DNA from: a bacterium
GTDB lineage: Bacteria; Bacillota; Clostridia; Lachnospirales; Lachnospiraceae
DNA: 64,000 bases
NCBI GenBank assembly: GCA_030524675.1
Contig: JAUNGE010000004.1
Span: forward strand, 29,369 to 93,368
Direction of reading: 5' to 3'
The position numbers and the translations under genes are program-made. Positions 10,778 to 19,542 of this stretch are shown one piece after another (the first letter of the stretch is position 1; each line of letters opens with the position of its first letter). The notes under the pieces were generated by a model. It had not been told where the DNA came from, made no database searches, and worked only from the letters and a program-made list of their open reading frames with translations.

Positions 10778-13346
10778 TTTCTCTTACCTCCATACCTAAT
10801 TCTTCTTCCGTCAAAAGCTGCTTTAAATAAGGGAAGGCTAAAAACAGGTTCATATAGACCGCTCCTGACGCAGAATCACAGCCCTCTAACTCCATAACTG
10901 GCGCCGGTATCTGCAAAGAATCCACTTTTTTTGCTGTGACTGGCTTTAGCAGCTCTTTCACAGCAATCTGCCATGTTCTTTTTGCCAACTCCTTATCTCC
11001 TGTCTGAAAGGCAGCAAAAGCACTGAGCGGTACAACCATACCAGGCATTCCCCACAACTCTGCCGAAACTGACGGATTCAAGCGTTTTTTCTCTTCCAAT
11101 GGCAGTATATAGTAGGCGCCGTACTCTTCAAGTAATTTGTCAAATTCCTCATTCTGCAGCATATAGGATAATTCCAGCCACACCTGAATGGCGCCAAAAC
11201 AGTTACACATATGATACGATTGATTATTATCTCCCAGATGGATCAGAGAACCTGTTTTCGGATCATATCCGAACATAGGCCCACTGTTTAAACCGGAAGG
11301 AAGCTGCAGCAAGCTGTCGATTCCTGCGAGAATCTTATCTCTGTATCTGGTATCCTGGTATCTCTCCCATTTCGTCATCCAGTTTGCACAATAGGAAGAC
11401 CAATCTGGCGCACTTCTGGCATGAGTCGGACAGCCATCCGGCGTCACAATCGTTCTGAGAGGATCTAAATTTATGGTTGTATAATCCGCATCTGCCACTT
11501 CATCCAGGATTTCTCCCATTCGTTCGTCTCCTGTCAGGTAATACAGGAAACGGTTCAACCCTGCCATACTTATCCTAGGTTCTTTACAGCCACATCCCCA
11601 ATGCACCACATTGTGACGGCTGCCCAGACCTTTATATTCACCAAAATGATACTGGTCAACCTCGCTCCCATGTCTCGTGTAGGCCTCCGCCAATCGAAAT
11701 GCCTCACTGCTCCCGCTGTGGAGGAAAGTATACCACATCCACATATCAGGAATCAGCTCGCTGTTATTCCAGGCACAGCCGCCCAAATCAAATTTCCAGC
11801 AGTGTCTGACTGGATCATAAAATCTCATAATATCGCCATAATTCCAAAAGCCATACCACTCATGCGTCTCTATCTGCTCTTGGAACGCCTGCTGCATCGC
11901 GTTCGCTCTCGTCTCAAACCATGCTCCAAACGCTGTGGACGTATCCTCTGGCTGCCAAGTGCCGAACGCCCTGGCGCTGCTGTAGTATGCCGGTGTACAT
12001 ACTAAAATATCGGGTTTCTGGAGTTTTTGCTCCATTCGCTTCAGTGAGCTGTGAGATGGCGTTGCGTCGCACACAATGAGCGCAAGCTCGGTTGTATTGG
12101 CAATCCCATAAGGGGTACTTCTCATCTCATCAAAGCCTTCATAGCTCGATGCCATATGCGTATCCGTATCGTAATGTCTCAAATCCATGCTCTCGCCATA
12201 TGGAGACCAGAACCAAAGTGTTACTTGCGCCTCTTTTTCCGCCACATGGTACAAATCAACTGCAGCAGGATATTTCTGCCAGAAATTCCTGATTCCAGAA
12301 AAAATTCCTCCGTTTGCCCCTCCCAGATACACACTTCCGTTTGATCGTCTTCCATGTTTGACACTGACCCAGGAACACTGCTTTTTTGTACGTTTCTTAA
12401 TTTGATAATGGCTGGCACTGTCCTGATGGATCCGGTAATCATTCCATACTGCAGAATCCTCCAGCATTTCTGCAAATGTTTGATCGTCCTGGGTAAATTG
12501 AACGTGTTTTCCTTCCATCTGTTCTCTTAACAGCGTCTCATACCGTTCCCTTACCCGAGCAGTTACCAGCATTTTGGGGGATTCTGTCAAAAAGCCAGTA
12601 TCTCCAGAAATACGAACATGCCGGTTGTACAGCTCCCCTTCCATTGCCTGGCAATATCGGAGTCCGATTCCTTTTATGATATCTTTATTTGGATTTCCAT
12701 CATAGAAAAATGTATGGACAATCCGAATTTCAGGACTGTTGCGGTAAAACGTGAGCCTCAGCAAAAAAGGCAGCCATTCCTTCGTCCTTCCACGATATTT
12801 TCCCGTGACTTTCACTACTGTCTTGACTGCGTGATTCTTCTCCAGCACAGCTGAAATCACTTTACTTTCAAACGGTTCATACTGTACCTGTTCTGTGTCT
12901 TTGAAAGTACTTCGGTATTCTTTCACGCTCACTAACATAGCGCTTTGACAAATGAGCCGTTCTCCGATATATAGTTCCTGAAAAATGTCTTTTCCTGCAC
13001 AGGGAATCTTGACACGCATGATTCCATTGCAAATCTGAATAAAATCCTTATATGCCACGCCCATTCCAGCCTCTTTATCGGCTGCCCAAGCTGGTGCGTC
13101 ACAGGGAGCGCTCACCTCATAATATTCTGCCGGACTGGCCTCTGAAATTCCATGGTTTGTCCACTTTATACTTCCATCATCCCAATAAGCCAATACACTG
13201 CTCTGCGTTTCAATCCTGCGCCCCGCAGGATCTTGCATAATCAGCGACTTTTCATTATATAAAATCCCACGATCCCATGGAATGCTGAATGTGCAGGAGG
13301 TTTGCCCTTCTGCCTTCTCTTCCAGCCACTTCAATCTGATTTTCAT
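10767..13346 (-). CDS. large uncharacterised cytoplasmic protein, probable glycan-active enzyme (resembles Bacillus YetA-type proteins from memory; unverified)
   Basis: 859-aa ORF with no signal peptide. ATGA overlap with the regulator gene upstream and overlap with the GH42 gene downstream. The C-terminal half contains WNNSE...HFGEYKGLGSRHNVVHWGCGCKE. Confidence 0.6.
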   Translation of the reverse strand: MKIRLKWLEEKAEGQTSCTFSIPWDRGILYNEKSLIMQDPAGRRIETQSSVLAYWDDGSIKWTNHGISEASPAEYYEVSAPCDAPAWAADKEAGMGVAYKDFIQICNGIMRVKIPCAGKDIFQELYIGERLICQSAMLVSVKEYRSTFKDTEQVQYEPFESKVISAVLEKNHAVKTVVKVTGKYRGRTKEWLPFLLRLTFYRNSPEIRIVHTFFYDGNPNKDIIKGIGLRYCQAMEGELYNRHVRISGDTGFLTESPKMLVTARVRERYETLLREQMEGKHVQFTQDDQTFAEMLEDSAVWNDYRIHQDSASHYQIKKRTKKQCSWVSVKHGRRSNGSVYLGGANGGIFSGIRNFWQKYPAAVDLYHVAEKEAQVTLWFWSPYGESMDLRHYDTDTHMASSYEGFDEMRSTPYGIANTTELALIVCDATPSHSSLKRMEQKLQKPDILVCTPAYYSSARAFGTWQPEDTSTAFGAWFETRANAMQQAFQEQIETHEWYGFWNYGDIMRFYDPVRHCWKFDLGGCAWNNSELIPDMWMWYTFLHSGSSEAFRLAEAYTRHGSEVDQYHFGEYKGLGSRHNVVHWGCGCKEPRISMAGLNRFLYYLTGDERMGEILDEVADADYTTINLDPLRTIVTPDGCPTHARSAPDWSSYCANWMTKWERYQDTRYRDKILAGIDSLLQLPSGLNSGPMFGYDPKTGSLIHLGDNNQSYHMCNCFGAIQVWLELSYMLQNEEFDKLLEEYGAYYILPLEEKKRLNPSVSAELWGMPGMVVPLSAFAAFQTGDKELAKRTWQIAVKELLKPVTAKKVDSLQIPAPVMELEGCDSASGAVYMNLFLAFPYLKQLLTEEELGMEVRENGI

Positions 13347-14668
13347 TCCAGTTCTCCTTTATTTTTTATCCCAAAAGACTTTCTGTACTGCCCTGGTGTT
13401 ACATGCTCCTGTTTATTGAAAAAACGTATAAAATTTTGGGTATTTGTATAATTCAGCTTTTTTGCGATATCCGCGATAGAAAGCTCTGTCTCCAATAAGA
13501 GTTCTTTTGCATACTCCAGCTTCTTGGCTGCAACATAAGCGGTAAAGGATGTATTATTTTCACAGCGCAAAACTCTGCCTATATAGTTCGGATGATAATT
13601 CAATTTTTCTGCACATTCTACCAATGTGATATCTCCTCTTGATTTCTTTATCAGAGCATATACCTTATCCTCAATACTTTGTACATTTTTACTTCTAAAA
13701 ATGATAAGCTGCTCGATGATAGGTGAAATCACATGACCACATACATATTCCTTTATTTTCTGGACATCATAGAGCTGCCAAAAACCCACAAATAAATCCT
13801 GATTATCAAGATTTTCAATTTCTACAATTCCAATTCCGGCATCACTGGCCACTGTGAGAATCGACAGCAACAAGCGCTGCAGGTAATATCTGCGTTCTTC
13901 AGCCGGAATCTTTTTTTCATATAGATTATCTATAAAAATATTCACTGCATCACAGGCTTCTTTTGTCTTGCATAAATCAACAAGCTCTTTAATCTCAGAC
14001 TCCCTGTCTATTGGATAGGCATAGGTATTCTCTGTATTTTCCACAAACTCTGCATACATCATGATTGTAGAATACTTTGTTTGATTGCTGGACTCGCCTG
14101 CCGTATCACTTATTATTTTGGCCGCCTCCACACATTCATGAAGTGCCCTGAAGGTATCTTTAAGAGAGGAAAACTGTCTGCTTACGCCAAACTGCAAGGA
14201 TACTATTTCCTTCTGCTCGAGCAATCTATCCAGTTGAACTTTTATCTCTGAGATTTTCCCGTCCATCTCATAGCTGCTGTCGTCACCAATCAGAAAAACA
14301 ATCATTCGTTCCCACACCATGGGCACTAAGAAAATCTTTTGGTATACTTCCTTCTTAATAAATTCCCTGATTGTAGCCATGAGAATGTTCTTATCAGGCT
14401 CCTGATTCCACTGTGCCTCTGCGACAAACGAAAGAGCCATCATAGAGTAACACGGAAAATATGGTTTTCCAATTTTTTCTAAATAACTGCTGATTTCTTC
14501 CCCGCTTATCGTTCCGCTTAACAATCTGGATACCAAAACCTCTTCCAGCATTTCTTTTTGATAATTGATTGTCTCCTTCATAAAATCAATGTTTTGGGCA
14601 AGGTTTATAACCCCGTCTTCTATATATTGAAAATCATCCGTATCGGTTTGCTGTTCCTGCATGAGCAA
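13343..14668 (-). CDS. AraC-family HTH regulator; apparently the C-terminal part of a frameshifted cache-sensor/AraC one-component regulator
   Basis: C-terminal double HTH (ECAEKLNYHPNYIGRVL...IADIAKKLNYTNTQNFIRFFNKQEHVTPGQYRKSF). The frame stays open upstream of the called TTG start to 14710 and reads IYRPISQLVNKISGLL. Confidence 0.75.
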   Translation of the reverse strand: MLMQEQQTDTDDFQYIEDGVINLAQNIDFMKETINYQKEMLEEVLVSRLLSGTISGEEISSYLEKIGKPYFPCYSMMALSFVAEAQWNQEPDKNILMATIREFIKKEVYQKIFLVPMVWERMIVFLIGDDSSYEMDGKISEIKVQLDRLLEQKEIVSLQFGVSRQFSSLKDTFRALHECVEAAKIISDTAGESSNQTKYSTIMMYAEFVENTENTYAYPIDRESEIKELVDLCKTKEACDAVNIFIDNLYEKKIPAEERRYYLQRLLLSILTVASDAGIGIVEIENLDNQDLFVGFWQLYDVQKIKEYVCGHVISPIIEQLIIFRSKNVQSIEDKVYALIKKSRGDITLVECAEKLNYHPNYIGRVLRCENNTSFTAYVAAKKLEYAKELLLETELSIADIAKKLNYTNTQNFIRFFNKQEHVTPGQYRKSFGIKNKGELE

Positions 14669-14678
14669 GCCAGAAATT

Positions 14679-15596
14679 TTATTTACTAATTGTGATATGG
14701 GACGGTATATTCAAACTTACCAAATACGTAATGCCTGCCCCAAGCAGCATTACCATAATAAGTACAATGGAAAGATTGGCAATCTTTTTTCCTGCCTGCC
14801 AAAGGACCCTGTTTTCATAACTAATCATATAAGTAAACCCATTGACATCTGAGGTTAATTGATTTGTCCGGATTCCATCCATCTGTTTATTTGTTGAAAA
14901 TACAAGCTTTCCTTCTGCATCCAGCACAGTTACTCCATAGCCATCATGATTCTCTGCCAAGTCACGCAAAGATTTCTCTGATATATTGACTATTACCAGA
15001 CATTTAGGTGTATCAGAGGGAACCGGCAACTCAAATGCCATAAAGATTCCCTCTGTATTGATTGTGGTACGCTCCAGACTTTTATCCTCGTTCTGCCTTA
15101 TGTTGTTTACCAGATAAGCAGTCTGCGTCTTATCTTTTTTTACCAGTTCCATGATTTCTTCCTGATTATCCGCTTCTGAAAAACGATACATGCCGCGGTT
15201 ACTTAAAACCCAGTCTGTATCAAAATTCACAAAAGTAAAACCGCTGATATTTCCTTCCAAATAAGAAGGGCCTTTCAGCTGATGGATAGCCTCAACCTGC
15301 ATACTGTAGTCAGAATAATTCATATCTCTTGTCATAATTGCAGTGATTGGCCGAGATACAAATGTCTCCATATAACTGTACTTTATATTTTCCAGAACCT
15401 TCTCTACCTGCCCCTGCACTTCTCGTGCTTTTGCCAAAGCCATGAAATCCATTTGTTCTCTCATTTCTCCAATCGTTACATAGTACGAAAACATACTGAG
15501 TAAAATAATTGGAAAAGCCGCTGCCAGGAACATACCAATTAGCAATTTTGATTTAAAAGGTATATTTGACCACCTGTCTTTTATCGGTAATTTCAT
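14679..15596 (-). CDS. membrane sensor fragment (TM - extracytoplasmic cache-like domain - TM); N-terminal part of the split regulator
   Basis: 305 aa. TM1 is LLIGMFLAAAFPIILLSMFSYYV and TM2 is LSIVLIMVMLLGAGITYLVSL. The ORF stops 10 codons after TM2, 10 nt before the AraC ORF begins. Confidence 0.7.
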   Translation of the reverse strand: MKLPIKDRWSNIPFKSKLLIGMFLAAAFPIILLSMFSYYVTIGEMREQMDFMALAKAREVQGQVEKVLENIKYSYMETFVSRPITAIMTRDMNYSDYSMQVEAIHQLKGPSYLEGNISGFTFVNFDTDWVLSNRGMYRFSEADNQEEIMELVKKDKTQTAYLVNNIRQNEDKSLERTTINTEGIFMAFELPVPSDTPKCLVIVNISEKSLRDLAENHDGYGVTVLDAEGKLVFSTNKQMDGIRTNQLTSDVNGFTYMISYENRVLWQAGKKIANLSIVLIMVMLLGAGITYLVSLNIPSHITISK

Positions 15597-15697
15597 GTCT
15601 TCTTCCCCCTGTCACACCCACGAATCAAGCAATCCATTTCAGACAGGGAATGTTATTCAGCCACGCTGCATCCCCTGCCTGTCCTGTTTTTCTCTAT

Positions 15698-17275
15698 TTA
15701 TTCAGCCTTCTGCTGATCTGCCTGGTACTGCTCATTTATTTCTTCTATCATCTTGCTTCCCCCTTGAGCTGCCCAGTTATCCCATGCATCCTGCAAACCT
15801 TTTTCATCAATTTGGCCTACAATATATTTTGTTCTCGCCTCCTGTAAAATACTCTCAAGTGAAGCGCCATTCATACTAAAGGTTTCTGAATTGTTCAGAT
15901 ATCCAATGGCAGGATTAAATTTGACAATTTTTTCTGCATCTGCTTCTAATTGTTCAAAAATCTTTCTCCGCTCATCTTTCTGAAGAGGTGGATCCGTTTC
16001 AATCACATTCGGAAGAATGGAACCCAGCTGGTTCAAACCGGTATACGCCTTGCTCGCTGCCTTGTCATCCACATCAAGGTCAACCAAATATCCGTCTTTC
16101 TCCTCCCAATGAATACCCTCTAGCCCATAATTTATCAGCATAACCATCTCATCATCATTCATTTTGTCAAGGAACTGCAGACATTTCATGACATCCTCTT
16201 CCGTTTTAACCGCCTTTGTTATGGTGAAAATTCCACCATATCCAGCTAATGCCAGGCTGCTTGGCTCGCTGTTCTCATCTTTTGCAAGCCCATTCATCAA
16301 CTTCATGGATGCCAAACCATCACCTGTGACTGCTGGTATTTCGTTTGTCACAAAATAATCCCAGACCTTTCTGGCATTACCAATCGTATCCACCAGAACA
16401 CCACACTGGCCATTATACATACCATCAATCCAAGTATTTGTATCCCGCACTGCGAAATCTGAATATATCAGCCCATCCTCATACATCTTACGGAACCATC
16501 TCAGAGCATCCATATATTCTTCTGTCTGATGAACAGGAATCATTTCTCCCTCTTCTTCGACCCAGCCGTTCCCACAGCCAAACCATGTCTGCATAATATC
16601 AAATGGCCCCATATATTTGCACAGACAAATTCCATATGTGTCATCTTTCCCATTTCCATCTGGGTCTCCATATGTGAATTGATAGCACATATTGTAGAGA
16701 TCTTCCACAGTTTTTGGCTCCTCCAAGCCAAGTTTATCTGCCCAGTCCTGGCGATAGCCCCAGCCATATCTTCCCACTGGCTTAGATGTATAAACCCCAA
16801 GAAGCTTGCCATCGACGGTGATGGCTTTATTTACATTCGGGTTTGCTTTCGATAAGTTCGGTAATTTTTCGGCATCTGTTATTAAGTCTGCCACATCCCA
16901 AAAGGCGCCGGCTTTTGCTGCTGAAATGACACCAGAATTCAGCTTAACATACATAATCATCGGCATATCGTCTCCCTGCGCCAATGTAATTCCCATCTTA
17001 TCCTCATAAGTATCAGAAGGAACCCACTGAATTTCCAGGTCGCAGTTAGTGTACTCCTCGATTCTGTTCATCACTTCGTCTGCGTATTCTCCTGAGTTAG
17101 GAGACCCCTCAAAATCCTGAATCATAACGCTGACTTTGAATTTTTCATCTCCCCCGTTCGCATCCTTGCCGCCTGCAGCAGTATTGTTTGACGCTGTCTC
17201 ACCGCCGCATCCTGCAAGTGCAGTTACAGACAACACCATTGCGAGACCTGCCGCCAATATTCTTTTCGATTTCAT
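15698..17275 (-). CDS. sugar ABC transporter substrate-binding lipoprotein (LplA-like, family 1)
   Basis: Start moved to MKSKRILAAGLAMVLSVTALAGCGG (lipobox), preceded by AAAGGAAATAGGTAT. The 24-codon upstream extension of the ORF runs through a repeat relic. Confidence 0.85.
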   Translation of the reverse strand: MKSKRILAAGLAMVLSVTALAGCGGETASNNTAAGGKDANGGDEKFKVSVMIQDFEGSPNSGEYADEVMNRIEEYTNCDLEIQWVPSDTYEDKMGITLAQGDDMPMIMYVKLNSGVISAAKAGAFWDVADLITDAEKLPNLSKANPNVNKAITVDGKLLGVYTSKPVGRYGWGYRQDWADKLGLEEPKTVEDLYNMCYQFTYGDPDGNGKDDTYGICLCKYMGPFDIMQTWFGCGNGWVEEEGEMIPVHQTEEYMDALRWFRKMYEDGLIYSDFAVRDTNTWIDGMYNGQCGVLVDTIGNARKVWDYFVTNEIPAVTGDGLASMKLMNGLAKDENSEPSSLALAGYGGIFTITKAVKTEEDVMKCLQFLDKMNDDEMVMLINYGLEGIHWEEKDGYLVDLDVDDKAASKAYTGLNQLGSILPNVIETDPPLQKDERRKIFEQLEADAEKIVKFNPAIGYLNNSETFSMNGASLESILQEARTKYIVGQIDEKGLQDAWDNWAAQGGSKMIEEINEQYQADQQKAE

Positions 17276-17294
17276 ATACCTATTTCCTTTCTTA

Positions 17295-17321
17295 GATGTT
17301 GGGTCAAACCGTATTTTTCCC
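17295..17321 (+). repeat. relic of the MITE left-end motif
   Basis: GATGTTGGGTCAAACCGTATTTTTCCC compared with the consensus GATGTTGGGGTCAAAAGGTATTTTGACCCC. Intergenic, between the permease and SBP genes. Confidence 0.5.
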
Positions 17322-17349
17322 TTTTTGTTTATAGTTTTTTCGGGCACAC

Positions 17350-18255
17350 TCAGCCCTTTACAGCTCCTATCATTGCACCTTTTGTAAAATATTTCTGTAT
17401 AAATGGATATACCAGCAGAATCGGTACCGTTGCCACTACTGTCACCGCCATTTTTACAGCTTTATCCGGAGGTGCTCCCAGTGTTCCATAATCCAGCATA
17501 CTGCCATCCGTCGCAACACCATTAGCCAACAAAACAACTCTTCTCAAAACAATCTGAATCACTTCCATTTTCGGATTTGAGATATACATCATAGGCGCAA
17601 AATAGTCGTTCCAATGACCTACTGCATAAAACAGAGAAATGGAAGCTAACACCGGTTTTGACAGTGGAAGAATGATTTTCGCAAATATCCAAAAATCATT
17701 GCAGCCATCCATAATTGCTGCCTCTTCCAATTCCTTCGGAATCCCTTCAAAAAAGTTCTTCACAATAACCAAATTAAAAGCACTGATTGCCCCAGGCAGA
17801 AACAATGCCCAATATGTATTTAACAAATGCATATTTTTAATTACAAGGAAGCTTGGTATCATGCCTCCTGAAAACACCATTGTCACGATAACAAGATTCA
17901 GGATAATGTTTCTTCCTTTAAAATCCTTTTTTGACAAAGGATACGCAAACGTTGTAGTAAAAAGCATGTTGATTGCTGTTCCTACCAGAGTCACAAAAAT
18001 GGAATTCCTAAGCCCTCGGAATGTTTCTCCGGTTTCCATGATAAATTTATATGCATTGAATGATATTACCCGCGGTATGATAAAAAATGGCCTCTCAACA
18101 ATTTCTTTTTCCGTCGCAAAGGATCCCGCCACAATATATAAAAAGGGGAGTACTGTTGAAATTGCAAAACCTGTCAGTACAACATAAATGATAACCTGAA
18201 CCACCTGGTCTCCAAAACTTCTCTTGATTTTTGTATGTTTCTTTCCCATATTCAA
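17350..18255 (-). CDS. carbohydrate ABC transporter permease (LplC/YtcP-like)
   Basis: About 300-aa polytopic ORF. Start is TTG at 18255 or ATG at 18249, both downstream of AGGAGGTG. Confidence 0.85.
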   Translation of the reverse strand: MNMGKKHTKIKRSFGDQVVQVIIYVVLTGFAISTVLPFLYIVAGSFATEKEIVERPFFIIPRVISFNAYKFIMETGETFRGLRNSIFVTLVGTAINMLFTTTFAYPLSKKDFKGRNIILNLVIVTMVFSGGMIPSFLVIKNMHLLNTYWALFLPGAISAFNLVIVKNFFEGIPKELEEAAIMDGCNDFWIFAKIILPLSKPVLASISLFYAVGHWNDYFAPMMYISNPKMEVIQIVLRRVVLLANGVATDGSMLDYGTLGAPPDKAVKMAVTVVATVPILLVYPFIQKYFTKGAMIGAVKG

Positions 18256-18273
18256 ATCTCACCTCCTGCTGAC

Positions 18274-19209
18274 TTAATATATTCCTGACTCACCGCACAT
18301 TTTTGCGACTTTGTTCGCTCCCAAAACCATAATCATACTGATTACAGATTTAAAAAGACCCACTGCCGTACTATAGGAATATTGGCCTTGTATAATTCCT
18401 TTTGTGTAAACATAAGTATCAAATACTTCGGCCACGCTTCTGTTCAGGTCATTGCTCATGAGGTAAATCTGTTCATATCCTGTATTGAGGATGGAACCAA
18501 CACGCAGAATCAGCATAATAACAATAGTTCCTCGTATAGCTGGCAATGTAATATGCCACATCAAGCGCCATCTTCCTGCTCCGTCCACTTTTGCAGCCTC
18601 GTACAATTCCATATCAACGCCAGACAATGCAGCCAGGAATATAATGGTTCCATATCCGGTTTCCTTCCACATGCTCTGCCCTATAATCATACCTCTGAAA
18701 TACTCCGGAGATGCGAGTATATCAATGCTTTTGCCCGTAATATTCAGCAACAGCTCATGAAGAATGCCATTGTTAATATTGAAAAGCGTATAGGTCAAAC
18801 TTGCTACAATGACAAAAGAAACAAAATGCGGAATATAAACAAGTGTTTGAATGACTCTCTTATACCCCAGACTCTTTATTTCATTTAATAAGAGCGACAC
18901 AATAATTGGAAGTGGGAAATAAAAAATCAAGTTGAGCAGGGAAATTGCCAATGTGTTTTTTAACAGCATCCAAAAATCAGGGCCAATAAAAAAATTTTTA
19001 AAATGGGTGAGACCTACAAATGGACTTCCCAAAAATCCCTGGAATGGATTGTAATTTTGAAAAGCAATGACTACTCCCAGCATTGGTACATACTTAAATA
19101 TAATAAAAAACAATGCTCCTGGCAGAAACAGCAAGTATAGCCATATATGCGTTTTCACATAACGCACAAACCCACACCCTTTTGAGTTAGACTTTGCTAC
19201 GGATTCCAT
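18274..19209 (-). CDS. carbohydrate ABC transporter permease (LplB/YteP-like)
   Basis: Start moved to MESVAKSNSKG (ATG 19209), preceded by AAAGGAGGTTTTC. Polytopic, with the EAA-like region YEAAKVDGAGRWRLMWHITLP. Confidence 0.85.
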   Translation of the reverse strand: MESVAKSNSKGCGFVRYVKTHIWLYLLFLPGALFFIIFKYVPMLGVVIAFQNYNPFQGFLGSPFVGLTHFKNFFIGPDFWMLLKNTLAISLLNLIFYFPLPIIVSLLLNEIKSLGYKRVIQTLVYIPHFVSFVIVASLTYTLFNINNGILHELLLNITGKSIDILASPEYFRGMIIGQSMWKETGYGTIIFLAALSGVDMELYEAAKVDGAGRWRLMWHITLPAIRGTIVIMLILRVGSILNTGYEQIYLMSNDLNRSVAEVFDTYVYTKGIIQGQYSYSTAVGLFKSVISMIMVLGANKVAKMCGESGIY

Positions 19210-19445
19210 GAAAACCTCCTTTTTGTTATTTCTTTTCATTTTCCAAACCGAATTCGTTTTGTTTTGTGCAATCAGCATATCATATACCCAATTATCATCG
19301 CAATAATCATAATAAAACCTATTAATTTCTGCCTTATAGAGCATGATTTTGTACGATTCTCACAGTTTTTGCAAAAAATTGTTTCCTTTTTGTCTAAATA
19401 TTTCAAATTGGAATGGGCAACTATATGTTCCTATTTTTCATGACA

Positions 19446-19511
19446 ACAGGGAAGTTTTCTTTGTATCCCACATGAAATTCTTCACATGCATACAAAAGAA
19501 AACTTCCCTGT
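19446..19511. other. long hairpin (about 21-bp stem) downstream of the helicase gene; possible terminator without a clear U-tract
   Basis: ACAGGGAAGTTTTCTTTGTAT...ATACAAAAGAAAACTTCCCTGT. Shares sequence blocks with the hairpin at 24924-24982. Confidence 0.5.
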
Positions 19512-19542
19512 ACTTTATTTACTCTTATGTCTTTTTATCCTG

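Noticed and set aside
13213-13231. ATCCTGCG-CCC-CGCAGGAT palindrome resembling the TGCCTGC-N4-GCAGGCA leader hairpins
   Set aside because: It lies inside the 859-aa coding sequence (codons DPAGRRI) and has a different arm sequence and loop length. It is most likely coincidental.
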